A stretch of DNA of 64,000 nucleotides from the NCBI GenBank assembly GCA_964629655.1, contig CAZVQU010000002.1:298840-362839 (forward strand), in the 5' to 3' direction. Positions 19,101 through 28,128 of this stretch are shown here, in pieces. Origin of the DNA: an uncultured Planctomycetia bacterium. Its GTDB lineage: Bacteria; Omnitrophota; Gorgyraeia; Duberdicusellales; 4484-171. The notes beneath the pieces were generated by a model, which worked only from the letters and a program-made list of their open reading frames with translations, had not been told where the DNA came from and did no database searches. The first letter of the stretch is position 1. Every line of letters begins with the position of its first letter. Position numbers and translations under genes: made by a program.

Positions 19101-19148
19101 CTTGAACACGTGGACTATTAAAATAAGTAAGGGTAAACCTCAATCTTT

Positions 19149-20273
19149 TCAGAGAAAAGAGCTGGAAGCAGTATCTGAGAAACAAAAGCCCTTTTTGCTC
19201 AAATAAACCCCTACTATTCGGCCTTTTTCTCTTCGGTATTTAAGTAAACTATCCTTTGAAAGTCCCTCCAAAGCCTTACCCTCCAGCTTTAGGAAATCAT
19301 AACCGGTATGGTCCTTAAACCACTCAAAATTTACACCCTCTTTGGTCCGAATCTTTATTGCTGCCAGTTCCTTGGCCTGGTTCCTTTTGGACAATGTTTC
19401 ACTAAATGAAACCAGACTCTTTTGCTTTTTTATCTTATCAATATACTCAATAACGCTAGAGACATTTTTTTCTCTCTTGCCATTGATAAAAGATACTGCA
19501 GACGGGCCTAAACCTAGGTAGGAATTACCCAACCAATAGTTCCTGTTATGCTTAGACTCAAAACCTGGCTTTGAGAAGTTTGAGATCTCATAGTGTTTAA
19601 ATCCTCTCTCGGAGAGATAATCAATAGCCCCAATATACATTTTAGCCAGCACTTCATCGCCTAAAGGAATGACAAACTTCTTCTTAACCTGCAAAAACAA
19701 CGGGGTATTTTTCTCATAGGTTAAGCAATATGTTGATATATGTTTCAGACCTAAAGAAACTGCCTGTTTCAGCTCAAGCATCCATCCAGGTAAAGTCTCC
19801 CCGGCTAGGCCAAAGATTAAATCAATTCCTATATCCTTAAAGCCGACTCTCTTGGCCAATTGGACTGCCTCTATGGCTTTCTTTGAATTATGAACTCTTC
19901 CCAGCTTCCTTAGCTTCTTATCAGAAAAAGACTGCAGACCAATACTAAGACGATTAACCCCATTATCGTGGAATAACTCCAGTTTTCTCTTATCCAGGCT
20001 CTCAGGATTAACCTCAATAGTAAACTCCTCTACCTTAGTGCTTATCCTATTCAAAGCTTTTAGCAGTTTCTTCAGTAACGGCAAGCCTAGAACACTGGGA
20101 GTCCCACCGCCAATGTAAACTGTAGAGAAATCTTGGCCCAAAGCCTTTATTTGCCTACAAAGAACCTCTATATAGGCCCCAGCTAAAACCTGATCGTAAA
20201 AGCGGCTATAGAAATCACAGTAGGAACACTTCCTCCGGCAAAAAGGTATGTGGATATATAAGGATTTCTTCAT
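19149..20273 (-). CDS. hemW: radical SAM heme chaperone / oxygen-independent coproporphyrinogen-III oxidase-like protein
   Basis: 374 aa. CxxxCxxC (CRRKCSYCDF) near the N-terminus, GGGTPS motif and HemN-like C-terminal domain. Confidence 0.85.
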   Translation of the reverse strand: MKKSLYIHIPFCRRKCSYCDFYSRFYDQVLAGAYIEVLCRQIKALGQDFSTVYIGGGTPSVLGLPLLKKLLKALNRISTKVEEFTIEVNPESLDKRKLELFHDNGVNRLSIGLQSFSDKKLRKLGRVHNSKKAIEAVQLAKRVGFKDIGIDLIFGLAGETLPGWMLELKQAVSLGLKHISTYCLTYEKNTPLFLQVKKKFVIPLGDEVLAKMYIGAIDYLSERGFKHYEISNFSKPGFESKHNRNYWLGNSYLGLGPSAVSFINGKREKNVSSVIEYIDKIKKQKSLVSFSETLSKRNQAKELAAIKIRTKEGVNFEWFKDHTGYDFLKLEGKALEGLSKDSLLKYRREKGRIVGVYLSKKGFCFSDTASSSFL

Positions 20274-20294
20274 TTTGTGTTATAATTATACAAT

Positions 20295-21552
20295 AATGAA
20301 AGGATTAGTCTACCTAATTCAGGGTCCACCGAGCTGGTTGAAAACGCCCCCTCTTTCTCTAGTTTATCTTAAGAATTACCTAAAAAAGCAGGGGCAAAAA
20401 GCAGAAATCATTGACTTAAATGCTCTGCTCTTTAAGGCTTCGAAACTTACCCTCCCTGAGTGGTTAAGCTTAGATAAGGAGTTTGAAGAGAGCTTATTTC
20501 CTCTAGCTGAAAGGAAATTCCCCTTTATTTTAGAAGACCTCTATAAAACAATTAAAGATGCTGAAACAATCGGGTTTTCTCTAAGCCAAAGAAACACCCC
20601 ATTTTCGTTCTCTCTGGCTAAAAGGATATCGGACCGGTTTCCTGCAAAAAGAATAATTTTTGGAGGACCTCACACATTCTTTTTAGAAAAAAAAGGCAAG
20701 CTTGATAGTAGAAACTACTGGGTGATTGGCGAAGGAGAAATTCCTCTCTGTGAAATACTCTCTAACAATGAGACCAAAATATATCGCTTCCAAGAAATAG
20801 AGAATCTTGATACTCTCCCCTTTTATGATTTCTCAACCCTAGATATAAATCTATATTCACAGACTCTGCCGCTTCTTTCATCACGAGGCTGCCCTTTTAA
20901 ATGTACCTTTTGTTCCGAAAAGATGCTTTTTTCTAAATTCAGACATCACTCTCCCCAATATATTATCGATCAGATAAAACACCTTAAAAATAAATACAAA
21001 ACTAATAGCTTTGTATTCTGCGATTCACTGATAAACTACAAGAGAAAATGGCTTTCTGAATTCTGCTCACTAGTGATAAAAAATCAATTAAACATAAAAT
21101 GGGAAGCGCAGATTAGAATAGAAAATAACTTCCCTAATGAATTAGCAGACCTTATGAAAAGAAGTGGCTGCTATAACCTCTTCGTTGGTTTAGAGAGCGG
21201 TTCAGAGAAAATACTTAAGTTGATGGATAAAGGTTTTACGACTGTCTGGGCCTTAAGCTTCTTTGAAACATTAACCAAAGCTAAGCTACACTTTGAAGTG
21301 AGCCTTATCTTTGGATATCCCGAAGAAAATGAAACCGACTTTCAGGAAACCTTAAGCTTTATTCTAAAGAATAAGCGCATTATTCCTAAAATTGCCCAAG
21401 CTAACCCTTTCGTGGATTATCTCGAGGGTTACCCTCGATACAACTTCCCCAATTTTGCGGCTAGAGCAAAGGTTAACCTATTCTTAAAAGCCTTAAGCAA
21501 AGAAAGAATCAAATACACCCGGAGTTTTATTAATAACCTGATATACAGATAA
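20295..21552 (+). CDS. B12-binding domain radical SAM protein (class B rSAM)
   Basis: N-terminal cobalamin-binding-like Rossmann segment (LVYLIQGPPS...LVYLKNYLKKQGQKAEIIDLN). rSAM cluster motif SRGCPFKCTFC. Start ambiguous. The track ORF begins at 20248, overlapping hemW's start. The first Met of the B12-like domain (MKGLVYL) is at 20295, preceded by a TATAAT-like element. Only ~21 bp separate the divergent start codons. Confidence 0.7.
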
Positions 21553-22403
21553 TGGTTAAATTCATCGAAACTCAAAAAGTCCTCTCGCCTACTCAGATAG
21601 CTCTTGCTGACTACGTAATTAACCCTTACCGGGGTTGTAGTTTTGGCTGTATTTATTGCTATTCACAGGAAAATAAAAATATTAAATTATCTGGCCTAAA
21701 GGATGTTGGAGTAAAGATAAATGCTGCTGCCATCTTAGAAAAAGAATTAAACTACAAAACCCCCAAAAGAGTTCTCCTGGGCTCAACTACAGAGTGTTTC
21801 CAAAATTTAGAGTTAAAGTATAGGGTTAGCGGAAGAATCCTGGAAGTACTTAATAGCCGTAAGATCCCTTATACTATCCTGACCAAATCTGCCCTGATTA
21901 GAGACTATTTAGGCTTTATCTCTGAGAATAAGAAGAATAAAATATACTTTACGCTTAACTTTGCCTGCGATAAGATAATAAAAGTTTTCGAACCTAACTC
22001 ATCAAAAATAGCAGGAAGGCTGGAAACCATCAACCAAATCATTGACAAAGGAATAAATTTGCGGATACACATCGGGCCTTTTATCCCCTTAATATCCTCC
22101 CTGGAGGAAATCTTTAATCTTATCCCTGCCGAAGCAAGAGAAGTAGATATTGAACTCTACCACAATAAGCAAGGCAACTTTAAAAGAATATTGACCTTAA
22201 CCGAAAAACTCTTGGGGAAAGAAAAAAGGGAAGAATTAGAAAGAATATATGCCTCAGAAAGATGCTACTCAAACTTTGCCAAAAAACTAAAAAATAAAAT
22301 CAAAAACTTAAAAGACTTTAGCAAATTCAAAATATTCTACATTGTACCTGATTTTGATAAATTCTATAACTCTGGGCTTGATTATGAGAAAACCCTTCTT
22401 TAG
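21552..22403 (+). CDS. radical SAM protein, SPL/COG1533 ('DNA repair photolyase'-like) family, short form
   Basis: 283 aa. INPYRGCSFGCIYCY is the signature N-terminal CxxxCxxC context of the SplB-like family. TAATG overlap with the upstream gene. Confidence 0.7.
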   Translation: MVKFIETQKVLSPTQIALADYVINPYRGCSFGCIYCYSQENKNIKLSGLKDVGVKINAAAILEKELNYKTPKRVLLGSTTECFQNLELKYRVSGRILEVLNSRKIPYTILTKSALIRDYLGFISENKKNKIYFTLNFACDKIIKVFEPNSSKIAGRLETINQIIDKGINLRIHIGPFIPLISSLEEIFNLIPAEAREVDIELYHNKQGNFKRILTLTEKLLGKEKREELERIYASERCYSNFAKKLKNKIKNLKDFSKFKIFYIVPDFDKFYNSGLDYEKTLL

Positions 22404-23235
22404 CGTAATTATACCTACCTACAACCGTAAGGATTTCCTGCCGATAGCAGTGGAATCTGTGCTCGAGCAAACATTTTCTAACTACGAGCTCATAGTTGTG
22501 GACGACGGCTCAACTGATGACACCTCAGAACGGTTAAGATCAAATCTCAACCGGATGAAAGCTATAAAATACATATATCAGCCGAACAATGGAGTATCTT
22601 CTGCTCGCAACAAGGGGATAAAGAATGCGAAAGGAGAGTTTATTGCCTTCTTGGATTCTGATGATAGATTCTGCAAGCACAAGCTAGAGATAACATATGA
22701 ACATATACAAAGTAACCCTAGTTATAGGATCTTTCACACAAATGAAGCTTGGTACAGAAATGGCAAACTGATCTCCCAAAAAGGTTACCAAAGAAAACCA
22801 ACCGGTTTTATGTTTGAGCAAGCCTTAAAACTTTGTTGCATAAGTCTCTCAGCAACGGCCGTTAAGAAAGACCTTTTCAAAGACATAGGTCTTTTTGATA
22901 AAGATTTTCCTGTCTGTGAAGATTATGACCTTTGGTTAAGATCAACTTCCAAATATCCGGTATGTCTCATACCCCAGATATTAACCATAAAAGAAGGCGG
23001 CCATTCTGACCAATTATCAACAAAGTACCCAGCTATGGATAAATTCCGAATTTGTGCCTTAGAAAAAATATTAAGGAACCAGAACCTTTCTGAACTTAAT
23101 TACCAGTTAGCTTATAAAGAACTTAAACGCAAGTGTGATATCTATATTAAAGGTGCTTTGAAAAGAGGCAAAAAAACTGAAGTCTCCCGTTATAGCAACC
23201 TTTGCAAAGACCTAAAGAAAAAAAGCCATGCTTGA
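22384..23235 (+). CDS. family 2 glycosyltransferase
   Basis: FSVIIPTYNRKDFLPIAVESVLEQTF...ELIVVDDGSTDDT and a downstream DSDD motif give a classic GT-A/GT2 signature. Start taken at MRKPFF (22384). Overlaps the neighbours on both sides. Confidence 0.8.
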   Translation: MRKPFFSVIIPTYNRKDFLPIAVESVLEQTFSNYELIVVDDGSTDDTSERLRSNLNRMKAIKYIYQPNNGVSSARNKGIKNAKGEFIAFLDSDDRFCKHKLEITYEHIQSNPSYRIFHTNEAWYRNGKLISQKGYQRKPTGFMFEQALKLCCISLSATAVKKDLFKDIGLFDKDFPVCEDYDLWLRSTSKYPVCLIPQILTIKEGGHSDQLSTKYPAMDKFRICALEKILRNQNLSELNYQLAYKELKRKCDIYIKGALKRGKKTEVSRYSNLCKDLKKKSHA

Positions 23236-24601
23236 AGAACTAAAAAAAATAATTGAAGATACTTTTTCTTTTCATCCCAGTCAAAATCAGCTTCGGATCT
23301 TAAAACGGCTTATTTTTGAAATCATGCGCAAGGAACACAAATCTCTTTCGCAAGTAATCGGCTATCCAGAGAAGACCGCTATTTTAGGTAAACACAAAGG
23401 AAAAGATAGATTCATCGTCCTAAGAAATATCCTAATCAAACACCGCTTCCCCCAAACATCGCAGCGTCAGGTAATCAATCCTAAGAATGTCTTCTCAAGC
23501 GAGGTAAGGCAACCTTTGAGTGACAATTGGCAAGTAGGGCCTAATTTTAAACCCTTAAAGATATTTGTCGAGAAAGACGTTACCAAGAGCCAACTTTTAG
23601 CTAATTTTCAGAAAAAATTCCCGAATGTGGAAGTTCAAGAAATTGACTATTATAGCAGCTACTTGAGGAAGAATAAATTTACTGTCTCAGAATTGAAAAA
23701 ACCGCTTGTTTTTATCGTTAAGGAAAGGGGCGACTTTATAAAAAGATGCCCCTGCACTAGGAAACACTTGCCCTGTGGCTACTGGATATTTAACTTAGGT
23801 TTTGGCTGCCCCTTTGATTGCTCTTACTGCTTTCTCCAGCAATATAGCAACTTCCCGGGAATAATTCTACCGGCTAATATAGAAGACTTCTTTGCTCTTT
23901 TTGATAAGCTGGCGAATTCCTTTGAAAAACCGATAAGAATCGGGACTGGTGAATTCTGCGATTCCTTAGCGCTTGACCATATAACTGAGTACTCTAAAAC
24001 ACTAATCCCTTATTTTAAAGATAAAAAAGTCTTATTTGAACTTAAGACAAAGAGCAACAATATTGCCAACCTACTAACCTTAAGCCCTTCAGCGAATATT
24101 ATCATCTCATGGTCTCTTGGCCCATCTTCTATTATTAAAAGCCAGGAAAGAGCAACTGCTTCCTTAGACCAAAGAATAGAAGCAGCAGTAAAAGTTCAAA
24201 CTGCTGGATTTAGCGTTGGGTTTCACTTTGACCCGATTATTGATTTAGGAGAGTGGCGAAGTTTATATGGCGAGGTTATTGATAAATTATACTCGAACCT
24301 TAAGGGTCCTTTTGCTTGGATAAGCTTAGGTACCTTGCGATCAAACCGCCGGCTTAAGACAATTACCGAGCTGCGCTTTCCCGAAAGTAATATCTTCTAC
24401 GGAGAATTATTTTTAGGTACCGATAAAAAATTGCGTTACCCTGAATTTATAAAAGAAGAAATTTATAAAGAAATAATTGACAAGATAAGACAATATGACG
24501 AAAAGACGCCGATTTATCTCTGCATGGAAGATAAACAAACCTGGACGAACACAAAAGGGCTGGTTCCTTCAAATGATATTGAAACCTCACTTACTTCTTA
24601 G
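23228..24601 (+). CDS. spore-photoproduct-lyase (SplB)-like radical SAM enzyme with ~100-aa N-terminal extension
   Basis: 457 aa. GFGCPFDCSYCFLQ aligns to the SplB cluster motif C..C.YCYLQ. LDQRIEAAVKVQTAGFSVGFHFDPII is nearly identical to B. subtilis SplB LDKRIEAAVKVAKAGYPLGF. Overlaps the GT2 gene by 8 nt. Confidence 0.75.
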   Translation: MLEELKKIIEDTFSFHPSQNQLRILKRLIFEIMRKEHKSLSQVIGYPEKTAILGKHKGKDRFIVLRNILIKHRFPQTSQRQVINPKNVFSSEVRQPLSDNWQVGPNFKPLKIFVEKDVTKSQLLANFQKKFPNVEVQEIDYYSSYLRKNKFTVSELKKPLVFIVKERGDFIKRCPCTRKHLPCGYWIFNLGFGCPFDCSYCFLQQYSNFPGIILPANIEDFFALFDKLANSFEKPIRIGTGEFCDSLALDHITEYSKTLIPYFKDKKVLFELKTKSNNIANLLTLSPSANIIISWSLGPSSIIKSQERATASLDQRIEAAVKVQTAGFSVGFHFDPIIDLGEWRSLYGEVIDKLYSNLKGPFAWISLGTLRSNRRLKTITELRFPESNIFYGELFLGTDKKLRYPEFIKEEIYKEIIDKIRQYDEKTPIYLCMEDKQTWTNTKGLVPSNDIETSLTS

Positions 24602-24630
24602 CCCTTGCTCCAATACTAATCTGGAGTAGA

Positions 24631-26517
24631 TTAGTAAAGTTTTTTTATCTTGGTATTTGGAAAATAGTGTTCAATTATCTGGCGCCATCTGTAGCCGTCC
24701 TCAGCCATACCTACGGCCCCATCCTGACACATACCAGCTCCATGGCCAAATCCGGCTCCCCAGAAAAAAAGCATTGAAGGCTGGCCGTAAGCTGACATTT
24801 TCTTCTCTATCTTAAAAGCACTACTTCGCAGGTGGTCAAAATAATTCCTTATGGTTAGATCGCCTCTTAAGTTTTTCCTACCTCTTGGGGTAATAACTTC
24901 GATCTCCTTATAATGGAAACAATCACCCTTTTTCTTCAAGACAATATCCTTTAGATCTTCTAAGCGTTGGCCAAAAGCAATATAAAAATCCTCATCGTCG
25001 TAGACTCTCTGCCAACGAAGCTTACTCCCTTTATCCTTGAAACAAAAGACTGAAGGCAAATCCAAAAACCAATCCTCTTCTTTATAAGCAGAGTTAGGAA
25101 CATCTAAGCCGAAACTATCGGTTTTTTCTTCCAGATGATTACTCTCTCCAAAAACATCTGAAGCCAGGCATCCGCCACAATGAGCATGGAACAATGCCTC
25201 TATTGGCCTCTCTTCATGGACAATAACCTCACCCCTGGTATCTCTAACTGCAGCTATAGTAGCAGGAGTCTGGGCCGATACCCCCTGATAAACCTGGCAA
25301 TGCACTAAGAAGCAAAAATCAAATCCTTCTTGGCTGTGCCGGCCTAAGTTCCTAAAGACAAAAGTTCGGGCTGCTACTGCCTGAGCTCTAAGAGCTTGAA
25401 TATGCGCCTTAGAAGACATCTCGGCTGATAAAACACCGTAGAGATACTCTTCAACGCTTAAGATATTAACTAATGTTAGTGCCCCGGCTTGCGGGATTAC
25501 TTCTAAATCGCCGCGATAGGTTCGATCTCTTTCTCTATCCCAAAAATCACCTTTCCCAGAAGAAAGATCCAAAATATAAAAAGGAAATTTTCCCTTTTTA
25601 GATTCTACAGAAGTAATACTAATTGTTCCGGTGAAAGACTTATATTTTTTTTTATCCTGATAACCTCTTAAGACTGTTTTTCCCCCTTCAAAAACAAGAG
25701 TATAAAACTTATTAGCTAAAGCCGCATAAGAATCTTTACTATTACTGATTAAAAAGTTACCCGAGCAAGAAAAAGAAAACTTTCCAGCGCCCCTGATTAA
25801 GCCAACTCTAACCGTAGGAATATCTTCTTCCTGGACATAAGCAGTTAATTTAACCTTTTTCCGCTTCTGGTCCTTCTTTTCTTTTCGAATCTTGAAGAAA
25901 TCTTCGCCTAAACTTTGTTTAGCCGCCTTTAGCATCTTGCTAACTACCTTAGCCTTAGGGTAAAAATTTGATGCCTTGGCTAAAAACTTATAAGCCTCTT
26001 GGTAATTGTTATTTCGATAAAAACACTCACCCAAATAGTAGTAAGCTAACCTTACGCTGGGATCAAATTTAACAAGACTAGAGAAATACTTAGCGGCTTT
26101 CTTATAATCGCCCTTGTTTCGATAAATCTTTCCTAACCGAAAATAAGCAATGGTATTCTCTCGCAAACCTAGAGACCTTAAATAGCTTTCTATTGCTAAG
26201 GTTTCTTTGCTTAAGTCTTCATAAATTAAACCTAAATAAATAAGGCTCTGCCAATCCTTATCCTTTATGCTATTAAAAAAACCTAAGCCCTGACTACTCC
26301 GGCCAGAAAGAAACTCTAATCTTCCTCGGTATTTTAATAATTGGGGATTTTTACTAAAATCTTTGGCGGTTTCTAAAACATCTATTGCTCGGTCATACTC
26401 TCCGGACTCCTTAAAGAGAAAAGCTGCGCCTAAATAGTCATCTAAAGAGCTTTGAGCAAATAAGTGCACGGGGGAAAGCAGAAGAGAAAAAAAGAAGACT
26501 AGAGCCAGGAACCTCAT
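24631..26517 (-). CDS. TPR-repeat + SpoIID/LytB-domain protein (secreted)
   Basis: N-terminal signal (MRFLALVFFFSLLLSPVHLFA) and several TPR-like repeats. The C-terminal half carries the SpoIID/LytB signature (EEYLYGVLSAEMS...ALRAQAVAARTF). Start taken at Met18 of the track ORF. The upstream GTG has no RBS. It lies 2 nt after the lpxI stop. Confidence 0.6.
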   Translation of the reverse strand: MRFLALVFFFSLLLSPVHLFAQSSLDDYLGAAFLFKESGEYDRAIDVLETAKDFSKNPQLLKYRGRLEFLSGRSSQGLGFFNSIKDKDWQSLIYLGLIYEDLSKETLAIESYLRSLGLRENTIAYFRLGKIYRNKGDYKKAAKYFSSLVKFDPSVRLAYYYLGECFYRNNNYQEAYKFLAKASNFYPKAKVVSKMLKAAKQSLGEDFFKIRKEKKDQKRKKVKLTAYVQEEDIPTVRVGLIRGAGKFSFSCSGNFLISNSKDSYAALANKFYTLVFEGGKTVLRGYQDKKKYKSFTGTISITSVESKKGKFPFYILDLSSGKGDFWDRERDRTYRGDLEVIPQAGALTLVNILSVEEYLYGVLSAEMSSKAHIQALRAQAVAARTFVFRNLGRHSQEGFDFCFLVHCQVYQGVSAQTPATIAAVRDTRGEVIVHEERPIEALFHAHCGGCLASDVFGESNHLEEKTDSFGLDVPNSAYKEEDWFLDLPSVFCFKDKGSKLRWQRVYDDEDFYIAFGQRLEDLKDIVLKKKGDCFHYKEIEVITPRGRKNLRGDLTIRNYFDHLRSSAFKIEKKMSAYGQPSMLFFWGAGFGHGAGMCQDGAVGMAEDGYRWRQIIEHYFPNTKIKKLY

Positions 26518-26519
26518 AT

Positions 26520-27350
26520 TTAAAAAGGCAAATGCTTTTTCGCTCTCCCAATTACAGGAATTTTCCACTCCTGGGCCAAAGATAAAAACTCCTGCTTCTT
26601 TAGGATAATCACCTTCTCTTCCTCTAAAACTAAAGCTGCCGCCTTGACACGCTTAAGGAGTTTTAAGGTAGAAATGCCCACCACCGGAACATCAAATCGT
26701 AAATCTTGATTGGCCTTAGAAAACTTTAAAATAACACAGCCACCACCTGCCAATCGATAAGCACGCTTGATAGTCCGATCAGTTCCTTCTAGGGACTCTA
26801 GAGCCACGACGGCTTTTGACTTTACGCCTGCGGTCTGGCCTACATCTAACTCTACAAACTTTGATATTGCATCCAAGCCAAAATCAATATCTTTTGTTAC
26901 TGTCTGAGTCAAGGGTAAGTTATTCATGACTCCGGATTGCGCTAAATCGTTCTTCAAATATAGCGTCGAATCTAGAAACTCAACTCCTACCCTCTCGAAA
27001 TAAGAAATTATCTTATTAAATATATTGTGAGGCCGAAAATCTTCAATACCATCTATTAGAGAAGTTAATTCTTGATCCCAATGCTTTCTTCGAAAGATAT
27101 ATAAAGGATTGATCTGACCGGCCATAATACACTGGCTAAGGGCCTCCTCCTTTATTGATTTTCTCAAGTCTGAGAGCGAACCTACAGGAAACCAATGGCA
27201 TCTATCTACATACTTGCTAATATGCTTAGAGGTTTGACCCTTAAAGCAAAAAGCAACAACTTCGCAATCCTTATTCTTTTCTTTAATTCTCTGGGCAAGA
27301 ATGAAAGGTAGGAGACGGTTACCGGCAATAATTCCTAATCTGGAATTCAT
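26520..27350 (-). CDS. lpxI: UDP-2,3-diacylglucosamine hydrolase LpxI-family (DUF1009) protein, candidate
   Basis: 276 aa. LGIIAGNRLLP N-terminus and ~280 aa length. Placement directly downstream of lpxA in a lipid A cluster is typical of lpxI. The family call is from memory. Confidence 0.55.
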   Translation of the reverse strand: MNSRLGIIAGNRLLPFILAQRIKEKNKDCEVVAFCFKGQTSKHISKYVDRCHWFPVGSLSDLRKSIKEEALSQCIMAGQINPLYIFRRKHWDQELTSLIDGIEDFRPHNIFNKIISYFERVGVEFLDSTLYLKNDLAQSGVMNNLPLTQTVTKDIDFGLDAISKFVELDVGQTAGVKSKAVVALESLEGTDRTIKRAYRLAGGGCVILKFSKANQDLRFDVPVVGISTLKLLKRVKAAALVLEEEKVIILKKQEFLSLAQEWKIPVIGRAKKHLPF

Positions 27351-28123
27351 TTGCTCACGCCTCTTTTTGAGGATGAAATAAACTCAAAAAGATACTCTAA
27401 TTCTTTTAAAGGCGGTAAGTCTTTCTGAACTAACTCTCTACTCTGAGTTATTAGATGATTCTCAAAAAATATTATCTTAAAAGCTTTCTTCAATGTTCTT
27501 ATCGTAGAAGACGGGAACTTGGCTCTCTTTAATCCTACTAGATTAAGCCCGCAGATTGCGGCTGGGTGTCCATCGCACATTGAAAAGGGGGGAATATCCT
27601 GCACGACTTTAGAACAGCCACCAATTATCGAAAAATCTCCCAAACGACAAAACTGATGTATTGCTACCAACCCGCCGATCACTGTCCTGTTGCCTACCGT
27701 TACATATCCAGCTAAGGTAGCAGAGTTGGCAAAAACATTTCCGTCACCAATCTCACAATCATGGGCAATGTGAGAATAAGCCATTATAAGATTATCACTG
27801 CCAATGATTGTCTTAGTCTCCTTGTCGGTTCCGGGGTTAATAGTAACGAACTCTCTTATTCTATTGTTATTCCCAATGATTAGGAAACTCTTATCACCTT
27901 TATATTTCAAATCTTGGGGGATATTACCTACTACTGCATAAGGAAAGATATGACAACCCTTACCCAACTCAGTGTAACCTAAAATTTGGGCAAAGGAATC
28001 AACAACGCAATCGGGACCAATTTTAACATTTTCTCCGATCACTGCATAAGGTCCAATTTTTACGCTTTCGCCTAACTGCGCTTTTGGGCTCACCATAGCT
28101 TTGGGGTCAATTTCAACAGACAT
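27347..28123 (-). CDS. lpxA: acyl-ACP--UDP-N-acetylglucosamine O-acyltransferase
   Basis: 258 aa left-handed beta-helix hexapeptide repeats. IHPTA-like start (VSPKAQLGESVKIGPYAVIG) typical of LpxA. Confidence 0.9.
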   Translation of the reverse strand: MSVEIDPKAMVSPKAQLGESVKIGPYAVIGENVKIGPDCVVDSFAQILGYTELGKGCHIFPYAVVGNIPQDLKYKGDKSFLIIGNNNRIREFVTINPGTDKETKTIIGSDNLIMAYSHIAHDCEIGDGNVFANSATLAGYVTVGNRTVIGGLVAIHQFCRLGDFSIIGGCSKVVQDIPPFSMCDGHPAAICGLNLVGLKRAKFPSSTIRTLKKAFKIIFFENHLITQSRELVQKDLPPLKELEYLFEFISSSKRGVSK

Positions 28124-28128
28124 GAATT

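Noticed and set aside
18840-19109. 89-aa minus-strand ORF overlapping the start of the TPR lipoprotein gene
   Set aside because: It is created by read-through of the duplicated 5' leader and the degenerate repeat copy. It overlaps a better-supported gene and has no RBS at its Met.
20248-20294. MWIYKDFFILCYNYTI N-terminal extension of the B12-rSAM ORF
   Set aside because: It would overlap hemW's start codon region on the opposite strand. The cobalamin-binding-like domain begins at the next Met (MKGLVYL).
24602-24630. Bidirectional terminator between convergent SplB-like and TPR-SpoIID genes
   Set aside because: The inverted repeats are short (ctaatct/agattag; ctccaa/ctggag), with no flanking T/A runs and only a 29-bp gap. 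They are too weak to call.
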